A DNA stretch of 64,000 nucleotides from Gnetum montanum (Eukaryota > Plantae > Gnetophyta): the NCBI GenBank assembly GCA_015680685.1, contig MNCI01001975.1:334262-398261 (forward strand). Direction: 5' to 3'. The position numbers and the translations under genes are program-made. Below the pieces are notes generated by a model, which was given only the letters and a program-made list of their open reading frames with translations, was not told the origin of the DNA and did no database searches. How positions within the stretch are numbered: position 1 is the first letter of the stretch; each line of letters starts with the position of its first letter. Shown one piece after another: positions 61,417 to 64,000 of this stretch.

Positions 61417-64000
61417 TGATGAATTGTAAATTGGTTGCATCAACTAAGCCCCATTAACTAGACCCTGCTGATGCATGATTTGATGTGTTGATGTGGCCCC
61501 ATCGATGTAGTGTCTATCTTACCTATAAATGTGTGCTCACCTCTCATGTTTATGGCATCTTTGTCATAGTTGTAGTGGAGCTCTTGTAGTTTTGTCATTT
61601 GAAAGTTAGAATATTTTTCTAAGTGCCCATAGTAGGAGTCAAAGAGTGTACAGATATTTATTCTAAGTTAGAATAAAGATGAGCTTTTTGATAAACCTTA
61701 TGCCACTTTGAAATAGATTAATTGTTTATCTATGAATTTAATGTTTTATGCAATTTCCTTTAATGTTTTAAGTAATTAAGCTAAATTAAAGTAGAGTAAA
61801 TACTGATTAATTAAGCACATAAGTATGACCACTTTGAGCATATGCTTGGTACTTGGTAATCCCAGTAACACTTAATGTTTGGTAGCCTAGTAGTGGGAAA
61901 CATGTTCCAAATGTGTACGACAAGTGGAAACAGATGCTTATGTTAGGATTAGTTAGGTGTAGCTAGTTAGATTAAATTAGAAATTTAATTATTTTATTTT
62001 ATACATTATTTTCATCCTTAAATGACTTAAAATAGAAAACATGAAATGATAAAAATCATATGCCTTAAATGCACTTAACCATACCTTTGCATTTCACAAG
62101 TGTAACTGGGAAGACAACAATTGTAATGGTTAGTTTCACTTCCTAGAGATTAGTGTACTTAGAGGGCTGTAAGTCCATGAAATTTGATCGAATCATGCAT
62201 GAATGCTTAATGATTTGTATGGTTGGGCATATGGGTACTTGTCATTCATCACTAACATTGTTGTTGAGGACTTATAGTTTGATACGTGTGCTATCTAGGA
62301 CTTTATGAATATTATTTAGAATCATTGGATTGAATCCTAGGGTTTTAATCATTCAAAAAAAATACATAATAATTAATAAAAAATATACTATAATCACATT
62401 AAGAAATTTTTTCTAACAAAAATATCTTCTTCTTCTCGCAAGCATGCCAATTCTAAGTGAACAATACCATAAGAATCCAGAGTGGTGTACACTTGTCCTA
62501 ATGAGTTTGTACCTAATTTTACTTATGGACTCCATAAGGATGAACAAATGCAGTGGTGAGACATGAAGGGAAATGTTGTATTGCCACTTGACCAATCTAT
62601 TTCCAAGATTCTACTCCAAACCCTTATAAGGTTGGGCATTAAAGAGCTTGATGGAGAGTACGTTGTGAAAGATCATGACTTCTAGGACTACCATCCTACT
62701 AAGACACAATATAAACAAGATTGGCAATAGGAAAAGTGCCATGAAGACATGAAGGAAAAATGGTTCACTAACCCCTTGTTCTTACTAGATCAAAAGCATA
62801 ATAAGGAACCTCTTTTCAAAGGTTCTCAACATACAGACTCTCCACCTCTTGACTCTGGTGAAGGGGAGCTAAACCCAAATCCTAAATCAATGATAATCAA
62901 TCTGAGTTCTGGTAACAATGAGCCCCATAGTCGTGGAAGTTATAAGAAATGGCGTTGAAGCAAAAACTTAGATAAGCATAATTAAAATAATTATAAGGAT
63001 CGTGGTCATGATAAATGAAGGGGAAGTGATAGACATAATGGTGGTGGTGGTACTCCTCCCTCTTCATCCTCTTCATCTGGTTCAAATTCCTCCTCTAAAT
63101 TTGAGCAGAACCGTAGATGGCATGATAATAATGATAATCATAGAGATCACCATGAACAAAGGGATGGTAGAGGACATCACAGGTGTCATCAAGATCATGA
63201 CGATGAACCTTTATTAGCCACTCAAAATATGCTTAACATCATAGAGGCTATAAAAATTCCTACTAGGCATGTGAAAGACAGCTAAATTAAGAGGCTAGAT
63301 ATGAACAATATCCTTGGATTTTAGGGGGGATATAACTTAATTCCTCAAACATATTTACAAGCCTTTGACAATGCCTGTGCTTTACAAAATATTGAAAATG
63401 ATGGCAAAAGCTCAAGCATCATGCCCATGTCAACTAGGATCCTTCAACATCTAAGGCATTGACTTCATTGATCTCATCATGTCCATGTCAACTAGAAAGA
63501 CATACATAATCATCATTGTTGATTATTGCACAAAATGGGTAGAAGTAGCAACTGTCATTAATTGTAGATCATCTCTTGTTGTGCAGTTGATACAACAAAA
63601 TGATGTAAATAGGTTTGGTATGCCACATGCACTAATTTTTGACAATGGAACCAATTTTATAGGCACTGCCTTTTTTCAAGCTTATGTAACACTTGGTGGT
63701 TGAACATACAACACCTTACCACCCCCAAGCCAATGATCAAGTATAAGTTACTAATAGGGAGATTACAAAGATCCTAATGAGAACTATTAGAAAATATAAG
63801 AGAGACTAGAGCACAAAACTAAATGATGCCTTTTGGGCATATTGCTCAACATGGAGACTTCCTACAAGCTACTCTCCCTATGAGCTGGTACAAAAAATTA
63901 CCAACTCTACATATCCAATCGAAGCTTCATACACTTTCAATACTTGCGACTTGGACCTTGACCTTAGCCTAGCACAAAAAGAAAGATTAATCAACTTGAA
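61417..64000 (+). mobile_element. Athila-like element (5' LTR 61417-62251, decayed PBS, gag remnant joined to integrase), inserted in the chromovirus pol and running off the window
   Basis: TGATGAA...TTCATCA; PBS relic CTAACATTGTTGTTGAGGA versus TTGGCGCCGTTGTTAAGGA; gag-like GF*GGYNLIPQTYLQAFDNAC; integrase GIDFID..IVDYCTKWVEV..RFGMPHALIFDNGTNF. Confidence 0.82.

Overview
A repeat-saturated, AT-rich land-plant window (retroelement content suggests a non-flowering plant; I cannot name the species) with no intact host gene that I can support. It is a stack of nested retroelements. (i) Many LTRs of one Athila-like Ty3/gypsy family with TGATGAG...CTCATCA termini, including a solo LTR (8282-9143, TSD AATAT), a pol-less gag-only element (19781-25492, TSD ACAAG) and a gag-to-integrase deletion derivative (61417-end). 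(ii) Decayed LINEs of RTE, RTEX-like and L1 type, plus one near full-length L1 (11000-16970, TSD AAATAAGTA). (iii) tRNA-derived SINE-like fragments. (iv) An 18.2-kb Tat/Ogre-type element (40837-59084, minus strand, with archaeal RNase H) inserted into the integrase of a Galadriel-like chromovirus. The highlight is inside the Tat element. Its protease and RT are separated by about 6 kb holding a TATA-driven, multi-exon antisense gene. Its exons 2-3 translate to an FCP1/NIF (HAD-family, CTD-phosphatase-like) domain lacking the catalytic aspartates, fused to a TE accessory domain, an acidic tract and a coiled coil. Three non-coding arrays of one palindromic motif (AGTTT-WW-GGTC-N6-GACC, with compensatory stem variants) bracket this gene and fill the 3' UTR. 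All family assignments come from motif recognition by eye, not database searches.
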